Below are positions 48,216 to 58,567 of a stretch of DNA of 64,000 nt, one piece after another. Where the stretch lies: positions 3,616,001 to 3,680,000 of the forward strand of contig OX638351.1 of assembly GCA_951813565.1 (NCBI GenBank). The letters are read 5' to 3'. The position numbers and the translations under genes are program-made. The DNA comes from an uncultured Poribacteria bacterium. Its GTDB lineage: Bacteria > Poribacteria > WGA-4E > WGA-3G. Every line of letters starts with the position of its first letter. Within the stretch, counting starts at the first letter, position 1. Below the pieces are notes generated by a model. That model ran no database searches. It had not been told where the DNA came from and was given only the letters and a program-made list of their open reading frames with translations.

Positions 48216-48920
48216 ATGGATAAACTAATAAGAATTGACAACTTATATAAATCCTTTTATGATGGTGACACAGAGCTGCAAATACTTAAAGGTGTCAACC
48301 TTAATGTTCACAAATCAGAGATGCTCGCTATAATGGGAGCATCAGGTGTTGGAAAAAGCACTTTATTACATATCATTGGAACACTGGACCGCCCTACGGG
48401 CGGAAACATTTTTTACGAGGACGAGGACATCACGGTTTTTTCTGAACGCGAATTGACTCAATTTAGAAATGACGCAATCGGTTTTGTGTTTCAGTTTCAC
48501 CAATTACTGCCAGAATTTACCGCGTTAGAAAACGTTGCAATGAGTAGATTAATTAGAAATAAAAAAAATGCAGCGGACAAAGATGGGAACCGCTATAGCA
48601 GCGATGCTTATGAAAATGCAGAAATTCTTCTTGAAAATGTCGGACTCTCCGAACGTCTTGAACATTTTCCGAGCCAACTTTCTGGAGGGGAACGCCAACG
48701 CGTAGCAATTGCAAGAGCATTGATCAATCAACCTAAAGTCGTTCTCGCCGATGAACCGACAGGCAACATTGACGACAAAACAAGTGAAGCGGTACTTGAT
48801 GTTTTACAAGATATAAATGAGCGACTCAACCAAACATTTATTATCGTAACACACGACTCGCGGCTATCCAAGCGCGCAAATCGGACAGTTCACCTTGTTG
48901 ATGGCAAAATCGCTGACTAA
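48216..48920 (+). CDS. lolD: Lipoprotein-releasing ABC ATPase
   Basis: GASGVGKSTLLH, GFVFQFHQLLPEFTALENV, LSGGERQRVAIARAL, ADEPTGN. Confidence 0.92.
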   Translation: MDKLIRIDNLYKSFYDGDTELQILKGVNLNVHKSEMLAIMGASGVGKSTLLHIIGTLDRPTGGNIFYEDEDITVFSERELTQFRNDAIGFVFQFHQLLPEFTALENVAMSRLIRNKKNAADKDGNRYSSDAYENAEILLENVGLSERLEHFPSQLSGGERQRVAIARALINQPKVVLADEPTGNIDDKTSEAVLDVLQDINERLNQTFIIVTHDSRLSKRANRTVHLVDGKIAD

Positions 48921-48959
48921 CAACAATATGAGAAATTTGTACATAGGAAGGTATAGGTA

Positions 48960-49841
48960 ATGTTGATTTATCTCGACGGAGAATTTTTACCGCGTGAGGA
49001 GGCAAAAATTTCCGTGTTTGACCATGGATTACTCTATGGTGATGGTGTTTTTGAAGGTATCCGTTGCTATAATGGGTTCGTCTTTAAACTGGATGAACAC
49101 TTAGAAAGGCTTTACGATTCTGCAAAGTCGCTTATGCTACAAATCCCAATTTCGATTGACGTGATGAAGCAAAACGTGCTTGAAACGCTCCGTCAAAATC
49201 AACTCCGCGAGGGATATATCAGATTGATTGTAACCCGCGGCGTAGGCGACTTAGGACTCGACCCCGATAAATGCCAGAATCCATCAGTAATTATTATTGC
49301 AGATAAAATTGCATTATACCCACAAAATTTTTATGAAAATGGGTTGGAAATTGTCACGGTATCGGTTCGCAGGAATTATCCTGAAGCAATCAACCCACGG
49401 ATTAAATCGTTAAATTACCTAAACAATATTCTTGCGAAAATAGAGGCGAAACAATCAGGTGCTGTGGAAGCATTGATGCTCAACAATGACGGCTATGTTG
49501 TGGAGTGCAGCGGAGATAATATATTTTGGATTAAAAATGAGATAATTGTTACGCCACCACCTCATATCGGTATTTTGGAAGGTGTAACTCGGAATAGTGT
49601 AATCGCGCTTGCACGCGAGGCAGGATTTCAAGTTGAAGAGCGCGTTTTTACCCGACATGATCTATATATTGCAGATGAATGCTTCCTTACAGGGACAGCA
49701 GCGGAAGTGATTCCTGTTGTAAAACTTGACCAACGTGTTATTGGAAATGGAAAACCGGGAAAAGTTACGCAAAAACTTATTGCTGCATTCCGACATCTGG
49801 CGAATAACTTTGGAACCCCTATCTGTTCTGAGGACGCCTGA
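48960..49841 (+). CDS. ilvE: Branched-chain amino acid aminotransferase
   Basis: DHGLLYGDGVFEGIR, KSLNYLNNILAK, ILEGVTR, FLTGTAAEV. Confidence 0.94.
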   Translation: MLIYLDGEFLPREEAKISVFDHGLLYGDGVFEGIRCYNGFVFKLDEHLERLYDSAKSLMLQIPISIDVMKQNVLETLRQNQLREGYIRLIVTRGVGDLGLDPDKCQNPSVIIIADKIALYPQNFYENGLEIVTVSVRRNYPEAINPRIKSLNYLNNILAKIEAKQSGAVEALMLNNDGYVVECSGDNIFWIKNEIIVTPPPHIGILEGVTRNSVIALAREAGFQVEERVFTRHDLYIADECFLTGTAAEVIPVVKLDQRVIGNGKPGKVTQKLIAAFRHLANNFGTPICSEDA

Positions 49842-49902
49842 AGATGACAGTATCGGAGAGCAAAAAGCATAACTACACGCAATGAAAAGGAGAAACTCAA
49901 CC

Positions 49903-52341
49903 ATGAATGGGATCAAAAATTCTGCACTGACTTTTATTTTTACTTTCGTAGGCATTTCAATCTTATCTTTTATATTCAGTTTTACTGTTAGGGCAGGTCA
50001 GTCTACAGATACAACCTTTGGCCCCAAACCTGCCGAAGAAACGCAACCCGCTGAAACTGCTGTAGAGGAAGAAGAAAAACCACGAGTTGATGAGACGTTT
50101 ATGGTTAAAAAAATTGAGTTCAAAGGTGTACAAACACTCCGAAAGGAGATGCTGCAAACTCTCATTCAAACACAAGTTGGCCAAGAAATTTCGGATGAAC
50201 TGCTGACAAAAGACATTGAAAGTCTTTACAAAGACACTGGATTTTTCTATGATATAGTTGTAGATGTACGAAATAGTGAAGGTGGCGGTTTTGAGGTTAC
50301 CTATATACTTAAGGAAAGCCCAAAAGTGGAAGGGATTAACATCATTGGAAATGACGAGTTGGACACCGGAAAACTGATGGACAGGGTCACTTTACGGCGT
50401 TCAGAAATTTATAATGATCGTCTTCGTTGGGAAAGCGAACGTGCAATCCGCAAGTTATATCACGAAAAAGGTTATTATCTCGTAAATATACAAGTGCATG
50501 TTGATCAAGATGAAGAGAAGAACACTAATCAGATAACTTTTGAGATAGATGAGGGACCGCGCGTCAGAATCACTGAAATCAACTTTATCGGAAATGATCA
50601 GGTTGATGCCAAAAAACTACAAAAAAAGATGAAGACGCGCGTAGGAAAACATTTTGATGAAATCCTGTTTGAAGAAGAGGATTTAGGTCTGAATCTCCGT
50701 AATTACTATCAAGACTTGGGGTTTGCACAAGTTAAGATTTCAGGGCACACCAAACGTTTTACCGAAGACAAAACAGGGCTGATGCTTGATGTTACGGTTG
50801 ATGAAGGCGCGCAATTTGCTGTAGGTACATATACCGTTCAGATTGAAGCAGGAGAGAAAATAGTTTTTTCTGAACAAAAGGTCCAAGAGATGTTGGACCC
50901 CGCAGAAGGTGAAATCTTCAACCGCGCCACTTTTGATGAATCAATTACGAAGTTGGAGCAAACATATTATGACAAAGGCTACCTTCTTGCCAATGTAAAT
51001 CCGATGCCGTTTTTTGATGAAGTAAACGCTCTGGTGAACATCAACTTGAAAATCGACCAAGGTGATGTTATAATTATTGACGATGTGCCGATTACAGGTT
51101 TAGAAAAAACGAAGGATTATATAATTAGGCGCGAACTGGATTGGTTGAATATCAAATCGGATGAATTGCTCGATGTTAAAGTTCTCCGCAAAGCGCGGCA
51201 ACGCCTTTTCCAGATGGGTCCATTTATTCGCGCTGTTGATTTTGTTCCCAGCGATACCGAAAAGGATAGCCGAAAGGACCTTGTCGTAAATATCGCAGAA
51301 TCACCAACGACCGGAACACTTAGTGTAGGTGGCGGATACGGTAGCGAAGGCGGTATCTTTGGAACGGCAGAAGTGGGACAGCACAATCTATTTGGAAGGG
51401 CTTACCGTGTATACCTAAAAGGTGAGTTAGGCACACGCGACCATCATACAGCAGAAGCACGTTTTGGAACACCGTGGATATTTGGCACACCGACACGACT
51501 TAATGCAAGTATTTACAACAAACGCCGTTTTCGCCGATATTACAGTACGGTCGGTGCCGCCCTAAATCAAGGTTATTTGGCTGACCGATATGTTTGGGAT
51601 ACACGAGGTGCATCTGTGTCTGTCGGACGACCAATTGGTTTCGATATTGACGCATCGGTCAGGTTTCGTAACGAACTTGTTAAAGCAAATACACCAGATA
51701 GAGAAGTATTTAATCGTTCAACTCGAAGCATCTTATTTGCTATCGGGCGCGATACGCGTGATTACCGTACATCGCTTTATGACCCGATGGGTGGAAGTTC
51801 AAGCAGCATCTCTTATGAATACTCTGGTGGCTTCTTAGGCGCAGACAACGAGTTCCAAAAATATACTGCAGATACAAGTTGGTTTTTTCGTCCTTGGTGG
51901 AACCACGTCTTTGCTATCCATGCCCGTGCAGGCTATATGCGAAGCAGGAGTGGCGACCGCAGAGAACTTTTCTATGAGCGGTTTTATTTGGGTGGTGTAG
52001 ATACAATCCGCGGTTATGAGGACTGGGAAATTTATCCTGATCCTATTAATTCTGAAGTTCCTAATCCCTATGGTGGCAACAAGGTATTCTTCACCAACTT
52101 GGAGTATCGTATTCCGGTTTCACCACAACTCACAACGGCCCTCTTCTTCGATTTTGGACAGGTGTGGGATGAAAGCATACCGAATGTTTTTAATCAAATT
52201 AACCTGAAGCGCGGTGCTGGTGTTGAGGCACGCCTACAGATGTTAGGTATGTTAGCACGTTTCGGTTGGGGATACGGGTTTGATCGTCAAAATCGACAAC
52301 CACAAGGCAGGTTCTACTTTACAATCGGTCCTGGTTTTTAA
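49903..52341 (+). CDS. bamA: Outer membrane protein assembly factor BamA
   Basis: POTRA repeats, FYLGG..TIRGY, terminal YFTIGPGF beta-signal; followed by skp and lpxD. Confidence 0.93.
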   Translation: MNGIKNSALTFIFTFVGISILSFIFSFTVRAGQSTDTTFGPKPAEETQPAETAVEEEEKPRVDETFMVKKIEFKGVQTLRKEMLQTLIQTQVGQEISDELLTKDIESLYKDTGFFYDIVVDVRNSEGGGFEVTYILKESPKVEGINIIGNDELDTGKLMDRVTLRRSEIYNDRLRWESERAIRKLYHEKGYYLVNIQVHVDQDEEKNTNQITFEIDEGPRVRITEINFIGNDQVDAKKLQKKMKTRVGKHFDEILFEEEDLGLNLRNYYQDLGFAQVKISGHTKRFTEDKTGLMLDVTVDEGAQFAVGTYTVQIEAGEKIVFSEQKVQEMLDPAEGEIFNRATFDESITKLEQTYYDKGYLLANVNPMPFFDEVNALVNINLKIDQGDVIIIDDVPITGLEKTKDYIIRRELDWLNIKSDELLDVKVLRKARQRLFQMGPFIRAVDFVPSDTEKDSRKDLVVNIAESPTTGTLSVGGGYGSEGGIFGTAEVGQHNLFGRAYRVYLKGELGTRDHHTAEARFGTPWIFGTPTRLNASIYNKRRFRRYYSTVGAALNQGYLADRYVWDTRGASVSVGRPIGFDIDASVRFRNELVKANTPDREVFNRSTRSILFAIGRDTRDYRTSLYDPMGGSSSSISYEYSGGFLGADNEFQKYTADTSWFFRPWWNHVFAIHARAGYMRSRSGDRRELFYERFYLGGVDTIRGYEDWEIYPDPINSEVPNPYGGNKVFFTNLEYRIPVSPQLTTALFFDFGQVWDESIPNVFNQINLKRGAGVEARLQMLGMLARFGWGYGFDRQNRQPQGRFYFTIGPGF

Positions 52342-52375
52342 TGTACTAATCATAAATTGTTTCTGAATAGAATAC

Positions 52376-52556
52376 TACAACCTATCTCATAAATCGTGGG
52401 AGGGCTTTGTAAACGCGATCTTCAAGAAATGTTTACTTCAGTAGAAACGCGTTTGTAGTCGCGCAATTTATTGCGCCTCGGACATTTGCATTAGTATTTT
52501 ACGGCTTGGATTGAGCGTAGTGAAACAACAAATTCCGATTTATGAGATGCACTCTA
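52376..52556. mobile_element. Second copy of the TATCTCATAAATC-TIR MITE with different REP-like cargo
   Basis: TACAACCTATCTCATAAATC / GATTTATGAGATGCACTCTA; internal GTGGGAGGGCTT, GTAGTCGCGCAATTTATTGCGC. Confidence 0.75.
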
Positions 52557-52626
52557 ATAATCTGATCATATCAATGACTGGGCAACACGAATCAGATAAA
52601 TTTTGTTTGCCTGAAAAGGATAAATT

Positions 52627-53202
52627 ATGAAAAAGCTGGTTTTAGTTATATTTTCAATGGCGCTGTTCGGCTTAATGGCAGGCAGTATCGGTCAAGAGAC
52701 GTTCAAATTTGGCATAATTGATAGCAACCGGGTTCTGCTAAACTACCAAAAAGCAATTGAAGCTGACAAGGAACTCAAAGCTGGAGAGCAAAAATTGAAA
52801 GAAAATCTTGATAATATTGCTGCCGAAATAAGAACGAAGCAAGAGAAAAAAACAAAAACTGAACTTTTTGTTGAAGAAGCTGAAACTGCTGGTTTAGAGA
52901 AAGAAATTGAAGACCTAAAGTTGAACCATCAGCAAATGTTTGAACGAGGTAGACAAGTTCTCTTGGAAAGGAACCAAGAACTGATGGGACCAATTTTCAA
53001 GGAACTTGAAGAACTTATCATTAAAGTTGGCAAAGAAGAAAATTACGATCTGATTATTGACAGACAGGCTGTACTCTACTTTAATGAGAAACACGATATA
53101 ACCGATAAATTTATTAAATTAATTAATGCTGGTGCCGAAAAGACTGAACCAAAAAAAGAAAATGCCGAAAAACCACAGCCTTCAACCGGAGATGCGAAAT
53201 AA
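52627..53202 (+). CDS. skp: OmpH/Skp periplasmic chaperone
   Basis: Signal peptide, KFGIID, long coiled coil, YDLIID...VLY...DIT; between bamA and lpxD. Confidence 0.88.
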   Translation: MKKLVLVIFSMALFGLMAGSIGQETFKFGIIDSNRVLLNYQKAIEADKELKAGEQKLKENLDNIAAEIRTKQEKKTKTELFVEEAETAGLEKEIEDLKLNHQQMFERGRQVLLERNQELMGPIFKELEELIIKVGKEENYDLIIDRQAVLYFNEKHDITDKFIKLINAGAEKTEPKKENAEKPQPSTGDAK

Positions 53203-53295
53203 ATCCTATTCATACCAACAAGGTATGAGGTTATAGCTTAAAACCAATTCTCGGATTTAGTTGCACTGTGGCTCGCCTTAATGAGGAATATGCGT

Positions 53296-54342
53296 ATGAA
53301 ACTGAAGGACATTTGTGAACACTTAGGTGGTGAGCTCTCTGGTGATGGTGAGATAGAAATTACTGGTGTTTCTGGCATCAAAGAAGCTGTCCCGAGTCAG
53401 ATTACCTTTGTCGCGAATTCGAAATATCTTGGTGCTATAGCTACTACGCAAGCATCGGCAATCATCATCGGGCGCGGTGTATCTGGAAATGGAAAAGCGA
53501 CTATTTGTGTTGACAATCCGTATTGGGCCTTCGTCAAAGTTTTGGAATTATTTGCTTGGGATACAGGGCAACAGACACAATCGGGCATCCATAAAACTGC
53601 CATTATAGGTGAGAACGTCACACTCGGAGAAGGTGTTGCAATACAGGCACACAGTGTAATCGGTGACAATGTTGAGATCGGTAGTGATACTGTCATTATG
53701 CCGCTTGTCTATATCGGGTCTGGCAGCAGAATTGGAAACGGTGGGTTAATCTACTCTCACGTTAGTATCCGTGAAAACATAACTATCGGAGATCGTGTTA
53801 TTATCCACTGTGGTGCGGTTATTGGAAGCGATGGCTTCGGTTTTATGCCTGATCCTGCCAACCATAGCCAATACAAAATTCCACAAATCGGCACAGTTAT
53901 TATTGAGGACGATGTTGAAATTGGCGCCAATACTACAATTGATAGAGCAACGCTTGCTGAAACGCTTATTAAAAGTGGGACAAAACTTGATAACCTTGTT
54001 CAAATCGCTCACAATGTGGTTATCGGGAAAGATTGTTGTTTGGCTGCACAGTCTGGTATTGCGGGGAGTGCCACTCTGGGCGATCGGATAAACATTGCTG
54101 GGCAATCTGGTGTAGTTGGACATTTAACACTTGGCGAAAACAGTGTGCTTTACGCTAAATCCGCAATAACCAAAGATGTCCCTCCTGGAAGTCAACTCTC
54201 AGGATTTCCTGCCCGTCCACATAAACAGGAATTGCGGCTTCAAGCTTCCACCCGAAAATTACCTGCGCTACTCCAAGAGTTTACCCAACTCCAGAAACGT
54301 GTTGAGGAATTAGAAGCGAAACTGCAAGAATTGGAAGACTAA
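53296..54342 (+). CDS. lpxD: UDP-3-O-acyl-glucosamine N-acyltransferase
   Basis: Hexapeptide repeats, VIGSDGFG, KIPQIG, GANTTIDR, KLDNLVQIAHNV. Confidence 0.96.
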   Translation: MKLKDICEHLGGELSGDGEIEITGVSGIKEAVPSQITFVANSKYLGAIATTQASAIIIGRGVSGNGKATICVDNPYWAFVKVLELFAWDTGQQTQSGIHKTAIIGENVTLGEGVAIQAHSVIGDNVEIGSDTVIMPLVYIGSGSRIGNGGLIYSHVSIRENITIGDRVIIHCGAVIGSDGFGFMPDPANHSQYKIPQIGTVIIEDDVEIGANTTIDRATLAETLIKSGTKLDNLVQIAHNVVIGKDCCLAAQSGIAGSATLGDRINIAGQSGVVGHLTLGENSVLYAKSAITKDVPPGSQLSGFPARPHKQELRLQASTRKLPALLQEFTQLQKRVEELEAKLQELED

Positions 54343-54429
54343 CGAGTTGTACTAAATAACCATTTGTAGAACTTTATTTCACAAAAGAAAATGTTTGTAA
54401 GTCATTATCATATATTTATATGTTCTTCA

Positions 54430-54692
54430 GTCCCGACAAATGCCATAAGCGCATTTGGCGTTGATTTGGTAGGGACGGTATGTTTATAGAAAATGATTGG
54501 ACGAGCACTCTTTAGTCCCGACAAATGCCGGACGGGGAATGCCAAAAGGCATTCATACCCGGTGAATGACTAAAGACGAATGCGCTTGGTAGAATACGCT
54601 TTTGGTATTCTACATGATTCGCCATGATTCATACCGTTGATTTCTTGATTTGGCGCATTTGGCGTTGATTTTGTAGGGACGATATGTTTATA
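54430..54692 (-). repeat. Two GTCCC^GTAGGGAC palindromes, each interrupted by CAAATCAACG-hairpin micro-elements (the second one multiply nested)
   Basis: Insertions 54435-54468 and 54520-54672 (inner composite 54534-54652, innermost hairpin 54589-54613). Confidence 0.85.
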
Positions 54693-54800
54693 GCACAAAT
54701 GCAAATATATGTGAAAACCAACAAAACAAAATGTTAACTGGCACAAGTCGTAAGACTAATAATTGCCTTTTATAAACATACGATTGATCGGGATTAACAA

Positions 54801-55409
54801 ATGGTATTTGATAATAAACCGATATCTGAAATCACTGATCAAGATTTGAAAAAACTAATCGGTAGACAAGAAGAAAATTTATGGATTGATTTTAAGGAGG
54901 AGCACTACCAAGGATACAAAACTCACCATGAGATATATATATATAGACGTGAGATATGCAAAGATGTTACTGCAATGGCTAATGCTGAAGGTGGATATAT
55001 CCTTATTGGTGTTGATTAAAAAAACAAGATCGCAAAAGAATTTGTTGATATCCTTGATGCAGATGGAAAAGCAGATAGTATCTATAAAACTTGCCAACAA
55101 CATATAGTTACACGAATCGTAAAATTAAAAGTAAAACCATATAAATTGAGATTGTCGGCTCGAGAAGTTAACCTTATAATTATTCATATTCCTTTTAGTG
55201 AAAATCGTCCTCACGGTTTTAATTCGAATGGGACACTCAATTTTGTAAAGCGGTATGGAGATACTACAAAAGAATTTCAGATAGAAGAGTTCAGGCACGA
55301 ACTTTTAGCACGACATCATTTGCCATTCATGGATGACATTAGAGGGCAGTTGGATAGGATTGAAAGTCACACCACAATTATTTTAAAGGAAATCGGAGAG
55401 AACAAGTGA
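54801..55409 (+). pseudogene. AlbA_2/Schlafen-domain protein with an in-frame TAA at 55017-55019
   Basis: QEENLWIDFKE, KDVTAMANAEGGYILIGVD*KNKIA...IIHIPFSENRPH...FVKRYG; ORFs 54801 and 55146 share a frame and the segment between them is open. Confidence 0.8.
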
Positions 55410-56113
55410 ATTCGCTTTCGGCAAGATGCAATTCTTTTGTTAAAGTTATATCCGACCAACCCTATTATCACATCTTCGCGTTACCAAACGAATCCAATGG
55501 AAAAGTTGTACCTACCGAAGATCAACGTATACGCGATATTTTGCATAATCCACCGAACAAACGTTGGGCAGGTTTTGGTGTTACAGGACTATTGGAACGG
55601 GACGAGCATCAATGGGAAGAGGGCATAGAAGGAAACAATGTAACCGGAGGGCAAATTACCTTACTAAAGAATGGATATTTTGAAGTTATATGTCCTATCA
55701 ATATCCAGTTTCAAAGAGGATGGAATTCCCCTCAATTTGCAATTCCTAAATCTGTAAAATGGCTGTACCCGTATGTAGTCATTGAGTTTCCTGTCTCATT
55801 CATGCGATTAGTGAAGGCGATTTACGGTAAGTCTGATATTGACTCTGGTGTAACCATAGAACAGTACTACCATAATATCACAGGATATGCTTTGCCAGAG
55901 GGACCACCTACCTATCCTACGTTTGGGGCATTTCTGGATGAGAGAGGTGTGTACGAAGGGACATCCTCTATTCACTCTGTGCAACAGGTTCTCAATAATT
56001 TTATCCCTGACCATGTAGCTTACGATCTGGTGGTAGACGTGTACGCCAAATTTGGATTAGGTGCTAAAACAATTCCAGCGTTTGATGAAAACAAAAAATT
56101 TATTTTAGAATAG
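55406..56113 (+). CDS. Hypothetical protein translationally coupled to the AlbA_2 gene
   Basis: 235 aa ORF, GTGA overlap with the upstream stop, GGAG SD. Confidence 0.7.
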   Translation: MNSLSARCNSFVKVISDQPYYHIFALPNESNGKVVPTEDQRIRDILHNPPNKRWAGFGVTGLLERDEHQWEEGIEGNNVTGGQITLLKNGYFEVICPINIQFQRGWNSPQFAIPKSVKWLYPYVVIEFPVSFMRLVKAIYGKSDIDSGVTIEQYYHNITGYALPEGPPTYPTFGAFLDERGVYEGTSSIHSVQQVLNNFIPDHVAYDLVVDVYAKFGLGAKTIPAFDENKKFILE

Positions 56114-56332
56114 CTATTTGAATTAACGGATCCGCACCAAATTTAACTTTAAGTATAATTCGCCAAGTCTCATTTAATGATGTCTTGTGCAGGAACCGGC
56201 GATTGATTAACAAAACACTATAAATTCCCTCTCATAATTCGTTCTGTTCCCAACTCTTCCATTCCATTACTTAAAAAACTTGCGGATTTCTTATTCCGTT
56301 TTATACCATAAGTTGAAAATATCGGATTGACA

Positions 56333-57187
56333 ATGAAAACGTTGTTAGCGTATGTTGAACTTGCCCGTCCACTTAATGGAATCATTGCTTTTATCTCAGC
56401 GTGGTTGGGTGGTATGTTTGCAAGCGGTAAACCATTGGAACTCTTCACTGATGTAAAACTGATATATGTTTCTATTGCTGCCCTCCTTTTACTTTCCGCT
56501 GGAAATGCAATAAATGATTACTGCGATTATAACATTGATAAGATCAACAGATCTCAACGTCCACTTCCTTCTGGACGTATGCCGCAGCGAAACGCACTAA
56601 TTTTTGCACTTATTCTAATAGCAATCGGAATTGGACTCGGCACACTGATTAATATATATGCGGTGTACATAGCGGTTCTTGTTTCAGCACTGCTTGTGAG
56701 TTATGCTATCTGGCTAAAACGCACCCCATTCGTTGGAAATTTAGTTGTTGGCAGTTTGACCAGTTTAACTTTTATTTCTGGTGGTATAGCGATCAGTTCT
56801 GTGCAAGGCACTATTATCCCAGCAATTTTTGCTTTTTTGTTCACAACTGCAAGAGAAATTGTTAAAGACCTTGAGGATACAGAAGGGGATCTAAAAGACA
56901 ATGTGAAGACACTTGCGATTCTCAACCCACGACTCGCAGTGGCGATAGCATTGAGTTTTATGGTGTCGGTTATAATATTTAGTCCAATGCCATATCTATA
57001 CGGGTGGTATACTTGGCACTATTTAGTTGCTATTGTAATAGGTGTTGACCTTGTGCTAATCGGTTTAGGAATTCAACTCTCAAGAGATTTTTCAAAAGCA
57101 AGCTGTGCGTTCATCCAACGTTGGATGAAGTGGGACATATTTGTGGGATTAGGTGCAATCTATCTTGGAACTATTTTTCAAAGGTAA
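56333..57187 (+). CDS. UbiA-superfamily prenyltransferase, digeranylgeranylglyceryl-phosphate (DGGGP) synthase-like
   Basis: ELARPLN, AGNAINDYCDYNIDKINR..RPLPSG, YAIWLKRTPFVGN, AREIVKDLEDTEGD; multi-TM. Confidence 0.82.
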   Translation: MKTLLAYVELARPLNGIIAFISAWLGGMFASGKPLELFTDVKLIYVSIAALLLLSAGNAINDYCDYNIDKINRSQRPLPSGRMPQRNALIFALILIAIGIGLGTLINIYAVYIAVLVSALLVSYAIWLKRTPFVGNLVVGSLTSLTFISGGIAISSVQGTIIPAIFAFLFTTAREIVKDLEDTEGDLKDNVKTLAILNPRLAVAIALSFMVSVIIFSPMPYLYGWYTWHYLVAIVIGVDLVLIGLGIQLSRDFSKASCAFIQRWMKWDIFVGLGAIYLGTIFQR

Positions 57188-57225
57188 CGAAGAGGCGGTA
57201 ATAGGCCGCCGCCGTAATAACAGCA

Positions 57226-58452
57226 TTGGTAAAATACGATAAGTTAATTGCATTTTTAGAAAAAATAGACCCGAATACTGAAGAAGTGCTTCACTTTAAA
57301 CAAATATACCATTCCTATACTAAGACAGGTGAATGGCAACCTACTTATCAGATTTTTACTTCCGGGTGGCACAATATAGAAGGTGCTATGCTGATGACAT
57401 CGGAGCGTAAATTAGATGCTGATTATCGGGTCTATGTAACTGCTACAACTGAACGGAGTTTAAGAGAACTACTGCTTGCTTTTCCAAGGCGAAGTGTAGG
57501 AATGTTTCGCATGACAGAAAAATGGATAGAAGAAAGGATGCATGACATATTGGAAGGCAATAGTGTACAAACAGATTCAGGGACGTATTATCGCGGTGTT
57601 AAACGGGGGAGTCATGCGGAAGCAGAACAACGAACCGTCTCAAAAAGAAAGGATGCAATCGCATCTCATATCCGTAAATTAGCATCCTTAAAAGGCAAAC
57701 ATGAATATTCACAGTTTATTGTTGAAGGTGAAATGATGGTGGAACGTGCTGTTGCGGATGGGTTACCTGTTGAAACAATTCTCTATACCGCTAATTTCGT
57801 TTCAACATCGGACGGAGTAGATTTCCTAAAACGTGTAGCTGAGGAGAATCTCTCCTGCTATCTGGTTAACGACGGTGTAATGGGGTCAGTCACAACAACA
57901 CGTCCAGTGCCTTCAATAGTCGCTTCGGTGCATCTTAACTATCCACCCTTTTTGGCTGAATCAGGACAACTTAATTTTCACTTCAGCGCAGATTGCACCT
58001 TGCTTATCGTTGAAAATGTTAGTAATCCCGATAATCTTGGGATGACGTTACGTACCGCTGACGCGGCTGGTGTCTCTGCAGTTTTACTGAGCGGAGAAGG
58101 GGCAAGTCCTCTACATAAAAACTGCATTCGTGCCTCGCGCGGTGCTGTTGGTCGCCTACCCATGTTCCACATCCCAACGACTAATTCCGCAATTGAACAA
58201 CTCAAGGAATCAGGGTGGAAAGTTATTGGTGCTACAGCAAGCACAGAATACAATCTTTATACGATAGGATTTATTTCTCCTACTGCGATTGTTGTCGGCA
58301 ATGAAAATAGCGGTTTATCAGAGGAAACGCGTGAATGTTGTACAGAATTAGTTCGTATTCCTATGGCAGCTGGACAGTCCTCCTTAAATGTGGGCGTGGC
58401 AGCTGGTATTTTGCTTTATGAATTAGCGCGACAAAAGTTGACACAATCATGA
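57226..58452 (+). CDS. TrmH/SpoU RNA methyltransferase with ~135 aa N-terminal extension
   Basis: NPDNLGMTLRTADAAG, VVGNENSGLS, IPM....SLNVGVAAGILLYE. Confidence 0.88.
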   Translation: MVKYDKLIAFLEKIDPNTEEVLHFKQIYHSYTKTGEWQPTYQIFTSGWHNIEGAMLMTSERKLDADYRVYVTATTERSLRELLLAFPRRSVGMFRMTEKWIEERMHDILEGNSVQTDSGTYYRGVKRGSHAEAEQRTVSKRKDAIASHIRKLASLKGKHEYSQFIVEGEMMVERAVADGLPVETILYTANFVSTSDGVDFLKRVAEENLSCYLVNDGVMGSVTTTRPVPSIVASVHLNYPPFLAESGQLNFHFSADCTLLIVENVSNPDNLGMTLRTADAAGVSAVLLSGEGASPLHKNCIRASRGAVGRLPMFHIPTTNSAIEQLKESGWKVIGATASTEYNLYTIGFISPTAIVVGNENSGLSEETRECCTELVRIPMAAGQSSLNVGVAAGILLYELARQKLTQS

Positions 58453-58459
58453 CTTCAAT

Positions 58460-58488
58460 TTGACAAATTGATCAGAAGATGGTAAAAT
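58460..58488 (+). promoter_or_regulatory. Near-consensus sigma-70 promoter upstream of GGGP synthase-grpE-dnaJ
   Basis: TTGACA-17-TAAAAT with extended TGn. Confidence 0.7.
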
Positions 58489-58567
58489 TGTTTAGTTTTG
58501 TGAAGAGATGTAGACAAGTTACAGGTTTTATAACTTTAGGCATTAAATAACTAAGGAACGTTCGCAT

